Origin: a virus
Taxonomy: Duplodnaviria; Caudoviricetes
Length of the DNA: 64,000 bases
Virus record (IMG/VR): IMGVR_UViG_3300031454_000241
Location: 61-64,060 of that record
Reading direction: 5' to 3' (one strand)
Shown piece after piece: positions 43,347 to 52,184 of the stretch; the stretch's first letter is position 1, and each line of letters starts with the position of its first letter. The translations under genes were made by a program, and so were the position numbers. The notes beneath the pieces are model-generated. The model was not told the DNA's origin, did no database searches, and saw only the letters and a program-made list of their open reading frames with translations.

Positions 43347-44999
43347 TTACGGCTGGATCGTCCCGCGATTGAAGAGCGTCTCGGCCACGGCATCCCGCGC
43401 CGCCTGATCCTTGAGCAACGCCGTGATCGTGTCATCGTCCTCGCCCATGATTTCCAGTTGCTTACGCGACAACCCGGCGTAGCCCACGATCCGGTTGAGC
43501 TTCATCAACTGCACACGCTCGTACTCTTCGCTCCCCTCGACCGGGGCGATCTCGTCTAGCAAGGCGCGCTTTGTGATAGCCAGATCGATGGCTCCACGGC
43601 CATACGAATCGAGCCCGACCGGGACGGAGGTCGGGTCCCACGTCACCTTGCCGTCCACCCCCGTGACCTTGACAGTCTCGATGATGCGGAACATGGCCTG
43701 CGCCCGGGTCAGGTTGCCACTGTCGTCGTCCCACGCGCCGTTATTTGCCCGGTGGCAGCCGATGGAGACCAGCATCTGCATGATCTTCACAAGGGCGGCG
43801 TCGAGGTTGCCCATCGTCTCGTCGAACCGGGCCCGGACGTCGCCGATCATGGCCTCGGCGCCCGGCCCCGTGACCTGCGACATGCCGCGGAGCTCCTGAT
43901 CCATCACGATCTCGGGCAAGTCCGACTCGACCTCGGCCACGATGGCGGCCATCCGGGCCTCGGCGCCGGCGAAGTCCATCGCGCCCAGGAGCCCGTCGGA
44001 GCGGCCGTTCTCGCCGTTCCAGTGCAGGATGCGGGTGCCGCCCTCGGTCGCTTCGACGGTCGCGGTGCCGCCCGGCGTCGTAGGGCGCGTCTCGGTGATG
44101 ACCTGGAGTTTGCCGTTGGCGCCGTAGAACACCCGCGGCTCGTTCAGCGTCCGGGCCAGCCGGGCCTCCACGAACGCGGCGATGGCGTTGATCCGGTCCA
44201 GCTTCGGCAGCACCGACGCCACCAGCGACACGCCGAACAGCCGGGAGCCGCGCAGCCGCGACACCACCCAGACGCCGGGGCAGAACCCGTAGCCGTGCCG
44301 GTCGGTCCGTTCCAGCTTGTCGTCGCGGTACCAGCGGGTGGTCTGGTTGTCGACCTCCTTGCGGAACGCGTAGGAACCGCGGTCATCATTCGTCGTGTAG
44401 GCCAGCACGTACCGCTTGACGTCCCCGCGACTGTTCAGGGCGATGTCGGCCACCTGCCAGAGCGGGATCACCTCGGCCGTGACCTTGCGCCGTTCGGGCG
44501 GGCCGGACAGGTCGTCGTGGATCTCGACGAACTGCGAGCCGAGCAGCTGCGTGCGGGCAATCAGGGCCGGCAGGACCGACCGGAAGTTGCTCCACGTCAG
44601 CGCCTGGAACGCCGCCTCCACCACCAGCGGCCGCGCCTGCCAGACGTCATCCGGCACCGGGATCAGATTCGGCGTGCCGTCGGGCAGCGAGCGCCCGTCC
44701 TCGGTCCACGTACCACGATAGAGATGCCCGGCATACCAATCCACTGCCCGCTGCACCGGGTTGTAGACGGGCCTGATCCACTTCGGGAGATTGTTGGATC
44801 GTTTATAGTCCTCCCAGTACGCCCAGTCGTTTTCGTCGTAGGCACGGTTATCGGCCCAGCTTTCGAGAACGGTCCACTGCTGACGCCGGGCCGCGAACAC
44901 CGCCGCGACCGAGGTCTCGGGACTCTCGACAATGGCATCGCTCTTGCGCAGGGCGCCGCCGAGCGTACGGGCCGTGGAGAGCGTTCCCTCGAAGGCCAT
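43347..44999 (-). CDS. Portal protein
   Basis: 550 aa after TerL; YNPVQRAVDW, LPKLDRIN; synteny. Confidence 0.8.
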   Translation of the reverse strand: MAFEGTLSTARTLGGALRKSDAIVESPETSVAAVFAARRQQWTVLESWADNRAYDENDWAYWEDYKRSNNLPKWIRPVYNPVQRAVDWYAGHLYRGTWTEDGRSLPDGTPNLIPVPDDVWQARPLVVEAAFQALTWSNFRSVLPALIARTQLLGSQFVEIHDDLSGPPERRKVTAEVIPLWQVADIALNSRGDVKRYVLAYTTNDDRGSYAFRKEVDNQTTRWYRDDKLERTDRHGYGFCPGVWVVSRLRGSRLFGVSLVASVLPKLDRINAIAAFVEARLARTLNEPRVFYGANGKLQVITETRPTTPGGTATVEATEGGTRILHWNGENGRSDGLLGAMDFAGAEARMAAIVAEVESDLPEIVMDQELRGMSQVTGPGAEAMIGDVRARFDETMGNLDAALVKIMQMLVSIGCHRANNGAWDDDSGNLTRAQAMFRIIETVKVTGVDGKVTWDPTSVPVGLDSYGRGAIDLAITKRALLDEIAPVEGSEEYERVQLMKLNRIVGYAGLSRKQLEIMGEDDDTITALLKDQAARDAVAETLFNRGTIQP

Positions 45000-45202
45000 C
45001 AGGACCCGTCCCGTTCTGCGAGAGCGGCTTCAAGACCAGCGCGGAGCGACGGTGCCATCGCCTGATACATGTCTTCGCGAGTGAACGAATCGTAGCCATC
45101 GATCTGGATGTGCCAAAAGTACTTGTCATGGATGCTAACTGTCTTCGGATCGTGGTCTCGCATCGCGTCCTACGCTGCCCGGACCATCGCATCAGTCACC
45201 AT
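44999..45202 (-). pseudogene. Small ORF with an internal TAG at codon 11 (45170-45172)
   Basis: TGATG-coupled at both ends; MVTDAMVRAA*DAM...RAGLEAAL resembles 45561-45758. Confidence 0.55.
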
Positions 45203-45564
45203 CACATGTCCCCTTCGTTCTCGGGCGGCTCAGGGAACGGTACGGGCTCCGGCTGCTCACCGATGGCCGTCAGCGCCGCCTGGGCCGCGTCACGGGCTGT
45301 CCGACCGCCCTGCCGCACGTAGCCGACGGGATGGGTCCACGCCTCCAGCTCGTACCGCTGCGTCCCGGTGGGCATCAGGGACGGCTCCCGGTAGAAGTAG
45401 AGCGTCCAATCCCAGCCGGCGGATTCGATGTCATCCAGCACGATGGCAAGATGGTCCGGCTCTTTCACCGGCTGCTCGTACGTCGTCTCGGGATTGGCTT
45501 CCGCATAGTCGGCTGAGACGAACCGGCCGAGGCCGGCTTCTTTGATGACGGTTCGTGCGGTCAT
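45202..45564 (-). CDS. Hypothetical protein
   Basis: Coupled small ORF between TerL and portal. Confidence 0.55.
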   Translation of the reverse strand: MTARTVIKEAGLGRFVSADYAEANPETTYEQPVKEPDHLAIVLDDIESAGWDWTLYFYREPSLMPTGTQRYELEAWTHPVGYVRQGGRTARDAAQAALTAIGEQPEPVPFPEPPENEGDM

Positions 45565-45758
45565 GTCGATGGCTCCCATACGGCGAGGGCGGCCTCGAGG
45601 GTCTTTCGCACCGCGAACCGAACAGCCCTCACATCAGCAGACAACTCACCAGGCTGGTGATAGTCCAGAATGTCCACGAGACAGTTGTCGAGCGCGTCTA
45701 CGCCCGCGTTGAGCATCGCGTCGGTCACGGTGATCGGCTCCGGCACACGAACGGTCAT
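45561..45758 (-). CDS. Small hypothetical protein (VTDAM...LEAAL motif)
   Basis: ATGA-coupled. Confidence 0.55.
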   Translation of the reverse strand: MTVRVPEPITVTDAMLNAGVDALDNCLVDILDYHQPGELSADVRAVRFAVRKTLEAALAVWEPST

Positions 45759-45973
45759 GGCGCGACCCTCAGATAGATTGTCAGGTCCTTCAGGGCCGCG
45801 ATCTCAACGGGCGTGATCTGGTGTTCCTTGATGGCAATCACCATCTGGCGACACAGTTCGCCGTGGTTCTCATCCGTGCGGTCGCTGTCGAATCGCCGGA
45901 AGGCACCTAACAACAGGATCATGGCGACCGTTGCATCGTGTTGCTGCTGCCCGGTTACATACGGCCCGCTCAT
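45755..45973 (-). CDS. Small hypothetical protein
   Basis: ATGA-coupled, GGGAGG RBS. Confidence 0.5.
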   Translation of the reverse strand: MSGPYVTGQQQHDATVAMILLLGAFRRFDSDRTDENHGELCRQMVIAIKEHQITPVEIAALKDLTIYLRVAP

Positions 45974-46383
45974 AGCCCGATTCCCTCCCAGACCGATCGA
46001 ACGACCAGCACACCGCCGGCGAGAAAGACCAGGACCGCCACCGCAACGATGATCCCGGCGATCAGCACCCCGCCGGAAAGCAGCACCAGCCCGCGCACCT
46101 GATCCCACCGGGGCGACCGCAGCACCTCATCAGCCCTATCGGCCATCCGGACCCGCAGCGGCTGCCGTGGGCTGGGCTGGGCGGTGCTGACGGGGAACAG
46201 GTCCGGCACGTCGTCGCCGTAGTCGAGGCCGGTCATGTCGTAGGGGTCGGAGGTCATGTCCTGCTCCCTGGCGCGGGCGATATCGGCGGCGATGGCTTTG
46301 GTGAAATCCCGTGCGACGACGTTCCAGTCGCCCCGCAGCGCACGCACGTCGGCGATGTTGATACGTGGCGGCTCATATGCCAT
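45970..46383 (-). CDS. Membrane protein (C-terminal TM)
   Basis: GGAGG RBS; long hydrophobic C-terminal segment. Confidence 0.6.
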   Translation of the reverse strand: MAYEPPRINIADVRALRGDWNVVARDFTKAIAADIARAREQDMTSDPYDMTGLDYGDDVPDLFPVSTAQPSPRQPLRVRMADRADEVLRSPRWDQVRGLVLLSGGVLIAGIIVAVAVLVFLAGGVLVVRSVWEGIGL

Positions 46384-46415
46384 ATTCCGATCCTCCGTAG
46401 GGGTCGGTGGTCATG

Positions 46416-46637
46416 TCAGTACCTCACCTGCGAGAGCCAGAACCGGGCTTCGCGGAGCTTGACGATCATCTGGTCAACGTCCTTTCGGCCACGATCCTGA
46501 CCGATCAGACCAGCAAGCCGGAAGGCACTGGATATGACGGCATTGCATTCGTCTTCGAGGGCAAGGACCGCCGCCTCGATAGATCGATCTCTGGCGAAAT
46601 CCCGGTCCATGTTCTCGTCCTGCCCGATATCGCTCAT
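46416..46637 (-). CDS. Small helical-hairpin protein
   Basis: ATGA-coupled to TerL; KLREARFWL motif. Confidence 0.6.
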   Translation of the reverse strand: MSDIGQDENMDRDFARDRSIEAAVLALEDECNAVISSAFRLAGLIGQDRGRKDVDQMIVKLREARFWLSQVRY

Positions 46638-48841
46638 AGCCCGTACTCCCCGTATGGATCGTCGTAGGGGTCAGTGTCCGCATAAGATCCGAGCATCACC
46701 TGCTCGATCTCGGCGGCGGTGGCGGCGGGGCCGGTCGTGGCGTCGATCACGGCCATCACGGCATGGACCAAGGCGTCGCAGTTATGGACAAGGATTCCGT
46801 TGGCGAAGTAGGTGTGCGCATGGGCAACCGTGAGGTTGTAGACCCGCTCATGCCGCGATTCTCTCTCTGGCTGTGAGATCGGCCACTCGGGCAAGTCGGC
46901 GACGGCAGAGTCGTGAACACCAATTCCCCTGGCCCATCGTTCGATACGCTGTACCGCACGACTCACAGATTCGATCAACCATGCGCTCATCTGCGATCCG
47001 CTGGGCATGTTCACGATGCCATGTCCGACCTTCTGGCGAACGATGCCAGGCAACGGTGAGAGGGCGGATGCTATCGAGGTGTTCCTCCATGCCGGGATAC
47101 CGCATGACATGTAATCTTCGATGCTTTGATTGAAGTACTGGTTCAAGGTTTTCGGGAGCGTTGTTGAGCGGGTTTTCATCGATATGATGAACCTGATGGC
47201 CGGTCGGGACTTTGCACCGATTCGCATTTTCCCAAATCGCGACATGGAGCCCTTTGGCTCCTTTTCGCTCCGCGTTGCGCGTGGACTGACTGAGGTAATA
47301 GCGCCTGGTTCCCATGAGTCGGTACCGCACACCGTCAAAAGCAACCTCGGCCGGAGAAGACATGGTGTCTGGATAGTCCATTGCAGTTGATCCTCCTCAG
47401 TAATTGAGCCAAGCGAGACGAACCCGCGCCCTTGCACATAGACCGGGTGATTCGCAGTGCCAGTTAGACCCTGACGCGTCACAACGGGTCGAATGCCGGT
47501 GGTCCCCGCGGCCAGCACGGAGCAAGGCCCAATCGGAGTACAAACCATGTCTCCCGCCCTGATTCGTTCAATAGGAACCGGTCCGGATGGCGTATCGATC
47601 AGCGTGCCCGCAACGAAGCACTCGTCATCGTTGTCGCCGCTGACCGGGAATCCGCAGAGCTGATCCTCGGCAGACGCGAACGTGCCGACGTGATGGATCC
47701 GCCCCTGCTCATAAAGTGAGGCGACCGGCTCGGCCCGCACGCGCTTGCCCCGTGATGCGTGGATCAGCCGCACCCGTGGCCGGACGCGCCCGACGCCGGC
47801 GGCGGTGTTGATCGTCTCGCGGACCATCTCGCCACCCTGGTTGCTCTCGGCTGCGATCTCATTGGCCTCAAACCGGTCATGGTCGCGGATCGCCTCACTG
47901 GCCCACTGGTGCGGCGCGACACGAAGCCCCCGGATGTCGAGCACGTAGTAGTCACCGTCGACGCCCCGTCCGACCGTCGCGAGGCCGGTGGCGTCGCTGT
48001 TCTCGCCGTAGGTCGTGGCGGGATCGACAGCTGTGGCAATACGAACCAACTCGGGCACCTGATCGGGCCGAACGCGATAGTCGTCGATCATCCGGCGGAC
48101 CCACAGAGCGCCCTCGATGTCCTCAACCAACTCGCCCATGAGTTCCTGGCGACCGAGGGTGGTGCCCTCATACTTCCGGATAATCTGCGTGAAGTACTGC
48201 AATGGCAGATTTGCCCGGTTGTCGTAGGTCGATCCCCGCGTCGTTACCGTGCCGGGAGCGGCAATCAGGTCCTTGACCATCCGGGTCGGGCGCGGAGTCG
48301 ATGTCACAACCTCACGCGGATCAGCACCCAAGCGAAGCCCGAACTGCAATTGATCCCGAGCATCGGGGTATCTCCACGCCGCCATTTCGTCCGACCAAGC
48401 CCCGTCATGCTGTGGACCGCGCAACCTATCAGGCTCATCGGCGCTGTAGGTGAAAGCGACCGCACCATTGGCAAACGTCAACTTGCGCAGCGACGGGTTG
48501 TACGTGACCCCGAACCCGGCCCGGTGGCAGCACGCCTTCAGCCCCGACTCGCCGTTGACCATCACGTCCCGGACATCGGCGGCGGTGGACCCGACCAGCG
48601 CGACCCGGCCCATCCGGCCGGCCTGCACTTCCTGCCGAATGAACTCGGCACCTGTCCGAGTCTTTCCCCACCCACGCCCCGAAAGAATGAGCCACGTGCG
48701 CCAGTCGCCCGGCGGTGGAAGTTGATCCGGTCGGGCGCTGCCGTTCGGACCGCTCCACGGATCGTTGGCCCGCCTATGCCGCAGCGCAACGCCAGCCAGC
48801 CGCAGCAGATCGGGCGTGAGTGGCTGCGTCGCGGTTGCCAT
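46634..48841 (-). CDS. terL: Terminase large subunit (intein-containing)
   Basis: Walker A GRGWGKT, Walker B AWSDE, AVDPA, ESNQG, and DDE|CDA nuclease motif split by an intein. Confidence 0.95.
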   Translation of the reverse strand: MATATQPLTPDLLRLAGVALRHRRANDPWSGPNGSARPDQLPPPGDWRTWLILSGRGWGKTRTGAEFIRQEVQAGRMGRVALVGSTAADVRDVMVNGESGLKACCHRAGFGVTYNPSLRKLTFANGAVAFTYSADEPDRLRGPQHDGAWSDEMAAWRYPDARDQLQFGLRLGADPREVVTSTPRPTRMVKDLIAAPGTVTTRGSTYDNRANLPLQYFTQIIRKYEGTTLGRQELMGELVEDIEGALWVRRMIDDYRVRPDQVPELVRIATAVDPATTYGENSDATGLATVGRGVDGDYYVLDIRGLRVAPHQWASEAIRDHDRFEANEIAAESNQGGEMVRETINTAAGVGRVRPRVRLIHASRGKRVRAEPVASLYEQGRIHHVGTFASAEDQLCGFPVSGDNDDECFVAGTLIDTPSGPVPIERIRAGDMVCTPIGPCSVLAAGTTGIRPVVTRQGLTGTANHPVYVQGRGFVSLGSITEEDQLQWTIQTPCLLRPRLLLTVCGTDSWEPGAITSVSPRATRSEKEPKGSMSRFGKMRIGAKSRPAIRFIISMKTRSTTLPKTLNQYFNQSIEDYMSCGIPAWRNTSIASALSPLPGIVRQKVGHGIVNMPSGSQMSAWLIESVSRAVQRIERWARGIGVHDSAVADLPEWPISQPERESRHERVYNLTVAHAHTYFANGILVHNCDALVHAVMAVIDATTGPAATAAEIEQVMLGSYADTDPYDDPYGEYGL
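46781..47620 (-). mobile_element. Intein (280 aa) in the TerL nuclease domain, with no in-frame endonuclease
   Basis: Block A CFVAGTLI, block B TGTANHPV, block F VYNLTV, block G YFANGILVHN followed by Cys+1. Confidence 0.92.
46848..47381 (-). CDS. HNH endonuclease nested in an alternative frame inside the TerL intein
   Basis: LHVAIWE...HQVHHIDENPLNNAPENLE...H; C-terminal CxxC...CSRLC; GAGGAGG SD 10 nt upstream; frame offset from TerL. Confidence 0.9.
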   Translation of the reverse strand: MDYPDTMSSPAEVAFDGVRYRLMGTRRYYLSQSTRNAERKGAKGLHVAIWENANRCKVPTGHQVHHIDENPLNNAPENLEPVLQSKHRRLHVMRYPGMEEHLDSIRPLTVAWHRSPEGRTWHREHAQRIADERMVDRICESCGTAYRTMGQGNWCSRLCRRRLARVADLTARERIAA

Positions 48842-49335
48842 CAGACGCCGCCTGCCGTCTGGGCGATGATGGCCTCGGCTTCGGCGATGACTTCCTTTGC
48901 AGACAATCCGAGGCTCTGGGCGATCTGATCGGCAACCAGCTGGATCGTGACGGTCCGGTGATCCTCGGTCGGCGCCTTACGGTCAAGCCCGAGGTAGAGC
49001 GCCCGACGATCCATCGCCTTGAGGACGAGTTCGGCGTGCCGTGGCGACTTCTTCTCGATGACGATGGGGAGGAACGCCTTGATGATGAGATCGAGGCGTT
49101 CGAGCTCCAGTCGCAGGACGTCTTCGCCCGGTTCCTGGATCAGCTTGCGCAGCGCCGACATGACGGACTTATGGGCACCGCCGGCATTGGCGTACCCGAC
49201 CTCTTCCGCAATCTGCTCATAGCCGTAGCCGAGCTTGCGAAGCGATAACGCTTCGAGCTGCTTCTCGGCAGCGGAGAGCCCGCCGTTTTTCCTGTCCTTA
49301 TGTCCGGTCGGGTTCGGGTCCTGCACGGCGCACAC
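48841..49335 (-). CDS. Terminase small subunit
   Basis: ALSLRKLGYGYEQIAEEVGY HTH, ELERLD, AMDRRALYLGLD; TGATG-coupled to TerL. Confidence 0.85.
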   Translation of the reverse strand: MCAVQDPNPTGHKDRKNGGLSAAEKQLEALSLRKLGYGYEQIAEEVGYANAGGAHKSVMSALRKLIQEPGEDVLRLELERLDLIIKAFLPIVIEKKSPRHAELVLKAMDRRALYLGLDRKAPTEDHRTVTIQLVADQIAQSLGLSAKEVIAEAEAIIAQTAGGV

Positions 49336-49366
49336 AGGGTGCGGCGATCACGTCTCACTCACCGAA

Positions 49367-49386
49367 AGTATACCGGATTCCGGCAA
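49367..49386 (-). promoter_or_regulatory. TTGCCG-N8-TATACT motif upstream of terS
   Basis: Read directly; same spacing as at 36117, 37556 and 28983. Confidence 0.6.
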
Positions 49387-49396
49387 GCACTGGGCG

Positions 49397-49789
49397 TTAC
49401 GCGGCCTCCTGATCCCAAACGACCGAGGACACCGTGACATCGGCGCTGAATGATGCGGCACCGTATTGCTTCTCGGCCACGATCCGCACCACTTGCCGGT
49501 CATTACGAAAGACACCGATGTCCTGGAGCAAGTCGGCAAGTCCAACGATCTGATTGTCGAGGTCGGCCTCGTGCTCCCGGTTGGCGAGTCGGACGGTCAG
49601 CTCCAGCTCGATTGGTCCGGTGATCGGCGTCCCTGGAGTAAAACCGGCCAACTGCATGGCAGCATCCCGGTGGAACGCGACGTAGGCGACCGACGGAATG
49701 AGCCTGCGTCCCTTCGGCGTGATGACCCACCGACGTCCATTCTTCTTGGAGATGACCCGCCCAGCGATGTGGGCCGTCCAGACGGTCAC
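49397..49789 (-). CDS. rusA: RusA-like Holliday junction resolvase
   Basis: ISKKN, ADLDN...LADLLQ..GVFRNDRQV motifs. Confidence 0.85.
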   Translation of the reverse strand: MTVWTAHIAGRVISKKNGRRWVITPKGRRLIPSVAYVAFHRDAAMQLAGFTPGTPITGPIELELTVRLANREHEADLDNQIVGLADLLQDIGVFRNDRQVVRIVAEKQYGAASFSADVTVSSVVWDQEAA

Positions 49790-50010
49790 GGGGCGCCGTC
49801 CTTGCGGAGTTGACGGGTGGTCGCGGGCTGGGTGCGGTCGACCCAAGCAATCAGGGCGGTCAACGCTTCGGCAGGTGTGGCGCCACCCTGTTCGGGGTAG
49901 CCGCGGCACCAGGCGAGCCAAGCGTGACGATGCGACTCCCCAGCGGTGAGGTGCGGGTGGAATCCAAGCAGGCGCAATCCCAGCAGAGCCTCGTTGACAT
50001 CCATGCTCAT
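49786..50010 (-). CDS. Small hypothetical protein
   Basis: Coupled at both ends. Confidence 0.5.
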   Translation of the reverse strand: MSMDVNEALLGLRLLGFHPHLTAGESHRHAWLAWCRGYPEQGGATPAEALTALIAWVDRTQPATTRQLRKDGAP

Positions 50011-50447
50011 GACGCACCTGCCTCCGGAACGACATCGGCCATTTCCAGGCCAATAGCGAAACACCGACGCTCAATATCGGCATACCAATCGAGATTGGCG
50101 ACGACATCGGCGCGTGAGACAGCGCGTCCCAAATACTTCCAGGCGAAATAGCCTCCCGCATACGGCTTGAACCAGTCGCTGTGAGCGGTCATCACCCATG
50201 GCCGGTCGAGGAAGACACGCGACTGAATCGACAGGTGGCAGCGCTGACAAAGCGGAACGAATGCCCACCAGTGCGCGAACGACTCCGCCTTATTCATGGT
50301 CAGATGATGGGTGGTCAACGTGTACCCCGCCGCCGGATCATGCGGATGAGAACATCGCACACACCGCCAACCAGCGGCGTCCTTCAGCTGACGAGCGAAT
50401 GCAGGCCAGCCGGGCGGATACTCGCCGAATCCCTTTCGCACGGTCAC
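50007..50447 (-). CDS. HNH-family nuclease
   Basis: WRCVRC...LTTHH...N...LCQRCH. Confidence 0.8.
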   Translation of the reverse strand: MTVRKGFGEYPPGWPAFARQLKDAAGWRCVRCSHPHDPAAGYTLTTHHLTMNKAESFAHWWAFVPLCQRCHLSIQSRVFLDRPWVMTAHSDWFKPYAGGYFAWKYLGRAVSRADVVANLDWYADIERRCFAIGLEMADVVPEAGAS

Positions 50448-50731
50448 GTCGCACCTCCCTCCGGCGCCGACGCGGGGGCGATGGGGTCTGCCGCTCTCCG
50501 CAGGCTATCCGCGAGCTGATCGAACACCACGAACACCTGCGGACTAACGTCAAGGTCCATTCCTGTTTCAAGGTACGAGGCAGTCGATAGCAACTTCGTC
50601 CTTGCCTCGGCCAGCCGGAGCAGCGCGTCGTCCCGCTCGGCGATGGCCTGATCGCGCTGCTGTTCCAGGCCAGCGACATGGGCCGTCCACGGGAACTCGT
50701 CGCGGTCGTCAGGATGGATGATGGTCATCAC
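50444..50731 (-). CDS. Small coiled-coil protein
   Basis: GTGA-coupled. Confidence 0.55.
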   Translation of the reverse strand: MMTIIHPDDRDEFPWTAHVAGLEQQRDQAIAERDDALLRLAEARTKLLSTASYLETGMDLDVSPQVFVVFDQLADSLRRAADPIAPASAPEGGAT

Positions 50732-51320
50732 ACGTCTCCCCGCGGATGGCCCGGAACTGCGCGACCGCCTCGGCCATCGTGATGTGGTCGATCATGGGCA
50801 GGCCGTCTCCGTCGCTCATGTCCTGTCGTCCAGCGGTGATGGCTCCGTGGATACCTGCCCGTTCCTCGCGGTCGGCCCACGCGGCGAAGTCGTCCAGCTC
50901 CGACGCGGCGGGTGGCGGTGGGGTGGTTATCGCTCGCTCTGCGGCACACTCCACGCAATCAGGTTCGCAGAGATAGCTCACGGGCTCCGGGCCGGGCGCG
51001 GGCTGGGCACGATCCGCTGGTCGGTCCTCGATGGCCCGTCCGACGAACGCGAGACCGGACAACTCCCCGACCGTCGTCCGGTCGAGTATCTCGCAGATCA
51101 GCTCCCAGACGGACTGATGGACGGTGATGTTGTCATTGTCCGCCGACTCGTGGGCCGGACCGGTCGTGGGCTGGGCGATGTGGGGGAGGGCGGCTTCGAG
51201 GAACAGGCGAGCCTCGTCCATCGTCGGCGGCCATCCGAGTGTCCGGGCGATCCGCTGCTGAATCGCCTCCACCGCAGCCTCGGGAATCGTAGCGACGGGC
51301 GGGGTCGGGTCGGTGGTCAT
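50709..51320 (-). CDS. Hypothetical protein
   Basis: ATGA-coupled; IPEAAVEA motif, CEPDCVEC. Confidence 0.55.
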   Translation of the reverse strand: MTTDPTPPVATIPEAAVEAIQQRIARTLGWPPTMDEARLFLEAALPHIAQPTTGPAHESADNDNITVHQSVWELICEILDRTTVGELSGLAFVGRAIEDRPADRAQPAPGPEPVSYLCEPDCVECAAERAITTPPPPAASELDDFAAWADREERAGIHGAITAGRQDMSDGDGLPMIDHITMAEAVAQFRAIRGETCDDHHPS

Positions 51321-51682
51321 AGCGATTCCTCTCCACGGATCACGCGATCCAATCGGTCGATGTCGGATCGCTGCTGCAGCAGCGACACGGCGGATTCGGG
51401 TTTCACCCAACGGCGTTGGGTGACGACGCCCTTCATGTCACACAGCCAGCACGGTTCCCGCAGCTCGAACCCGCTCTCATCCCGGATCAGGCAGGGGCCA
51501 AGCTCTCCGTGACAGGCGGGGCAGGTCACGTACGCCTCGACACACACGCGACCGGCGACGGGCGGGGCCGGTTCCGGCATGAGCGCATCGACGAGCGCCG
51601 CGTCCTCGGGCGCGACGAGCCATTGGTCGCCGACGGGCTCCGGGGCCTCGGGTGGAGTGATGGGTGTGGTCTCGTGTGTCAT
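51317..51682 (-). CDS. Protein with DnaJ-like zinc-finger pair
   Basis: CPACHG...CWLCDMKG. Confidence 0.6.
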   Translation of the reverse strand: MTHETTPITPPEAPEPVGDQWLVAPEDAALVDALMPEPAPPVAGRVCVEAYVTCPACHGELGPCLIRDESGFELREPCWLCDMKGVVTQRRWVKPESAVSLLQQRSDIDRLDRVIRGEESL

Positions 51683-51918
51683 GCGAACTGCCCTTTCTCG
51701 GCGACGGCGGCGTAGCAGTTCAGGATGGCCTCGCGGATCGTGGCAGCGTCCCCGATGGTGAGCCGTCCGCCCTTCCGATGCTGTCGTTCGGCCCGGTACG
51801 TGCCGTCTGGGGCGTACGAGGCGGGAGGGAAGTAACGCAGATCGAACCGATGGGCATGTTCCAGCAACGCCTCCAGTGCCTCGTCGGTATCGAGTTCGTT
51901 GTACGGGTGTTCGCTCAT
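51679..51918 (-). CDS. Small hypothetical protein
   Basis: ATGA-coupled. Confidence 0.55.
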   Translation of the reverse strand: MSEHPYNELDTDEALEALLEHAHRFDLRYFPPASYAPDGTYRAERQHRKGGRLTIGDAATIREAILNCYAAVAEKGQFA

Positions 51919-52184
51919 GTGCGGTCTCCAGTCGGCCCGGTGGTCGGACGGTCGCTCTCGGCGACCTGATGGGCCGCTCGGACGAGGTCGCGCCAGCCCG
52001 CCTCGTCGAGATCGACACGGATGGTCGTTACCCCGACGATGGCGCGATCCTCGTCGTCGATCCAGCGCAGCTGAACCTGCAATGAACCGGAATCGGCAAT
52101 CAGGATGGTCGTTGCGTGACCGGGGATCGACGGGTCCGGCTGTCCGTCAATGCGCGTAACGCGTCGGGTCGTCTCGTCGTTCAT
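51915..52184 (-). CDS. Small hypothetical protein
   Basis: ATGA-coupled. Confidence 0.55.
   Translation of the reverse strand: MNDETTRRVTRIDGQPDPSIPGHATTILIADSGSLQVQLRWIDDEDRAIVGVTTIRVDLDEAGWRDLVRAAHQVAESDRPTTGPTGDRT

Noticed and set aside
45170-45172. Genome-wide TAG recoding (alternative genetic code)
   Set aside because: TAG terminates many well-supported genes here (e.g. capsid, portal, tail tube); a single in-frame TAG fits a point lesion.
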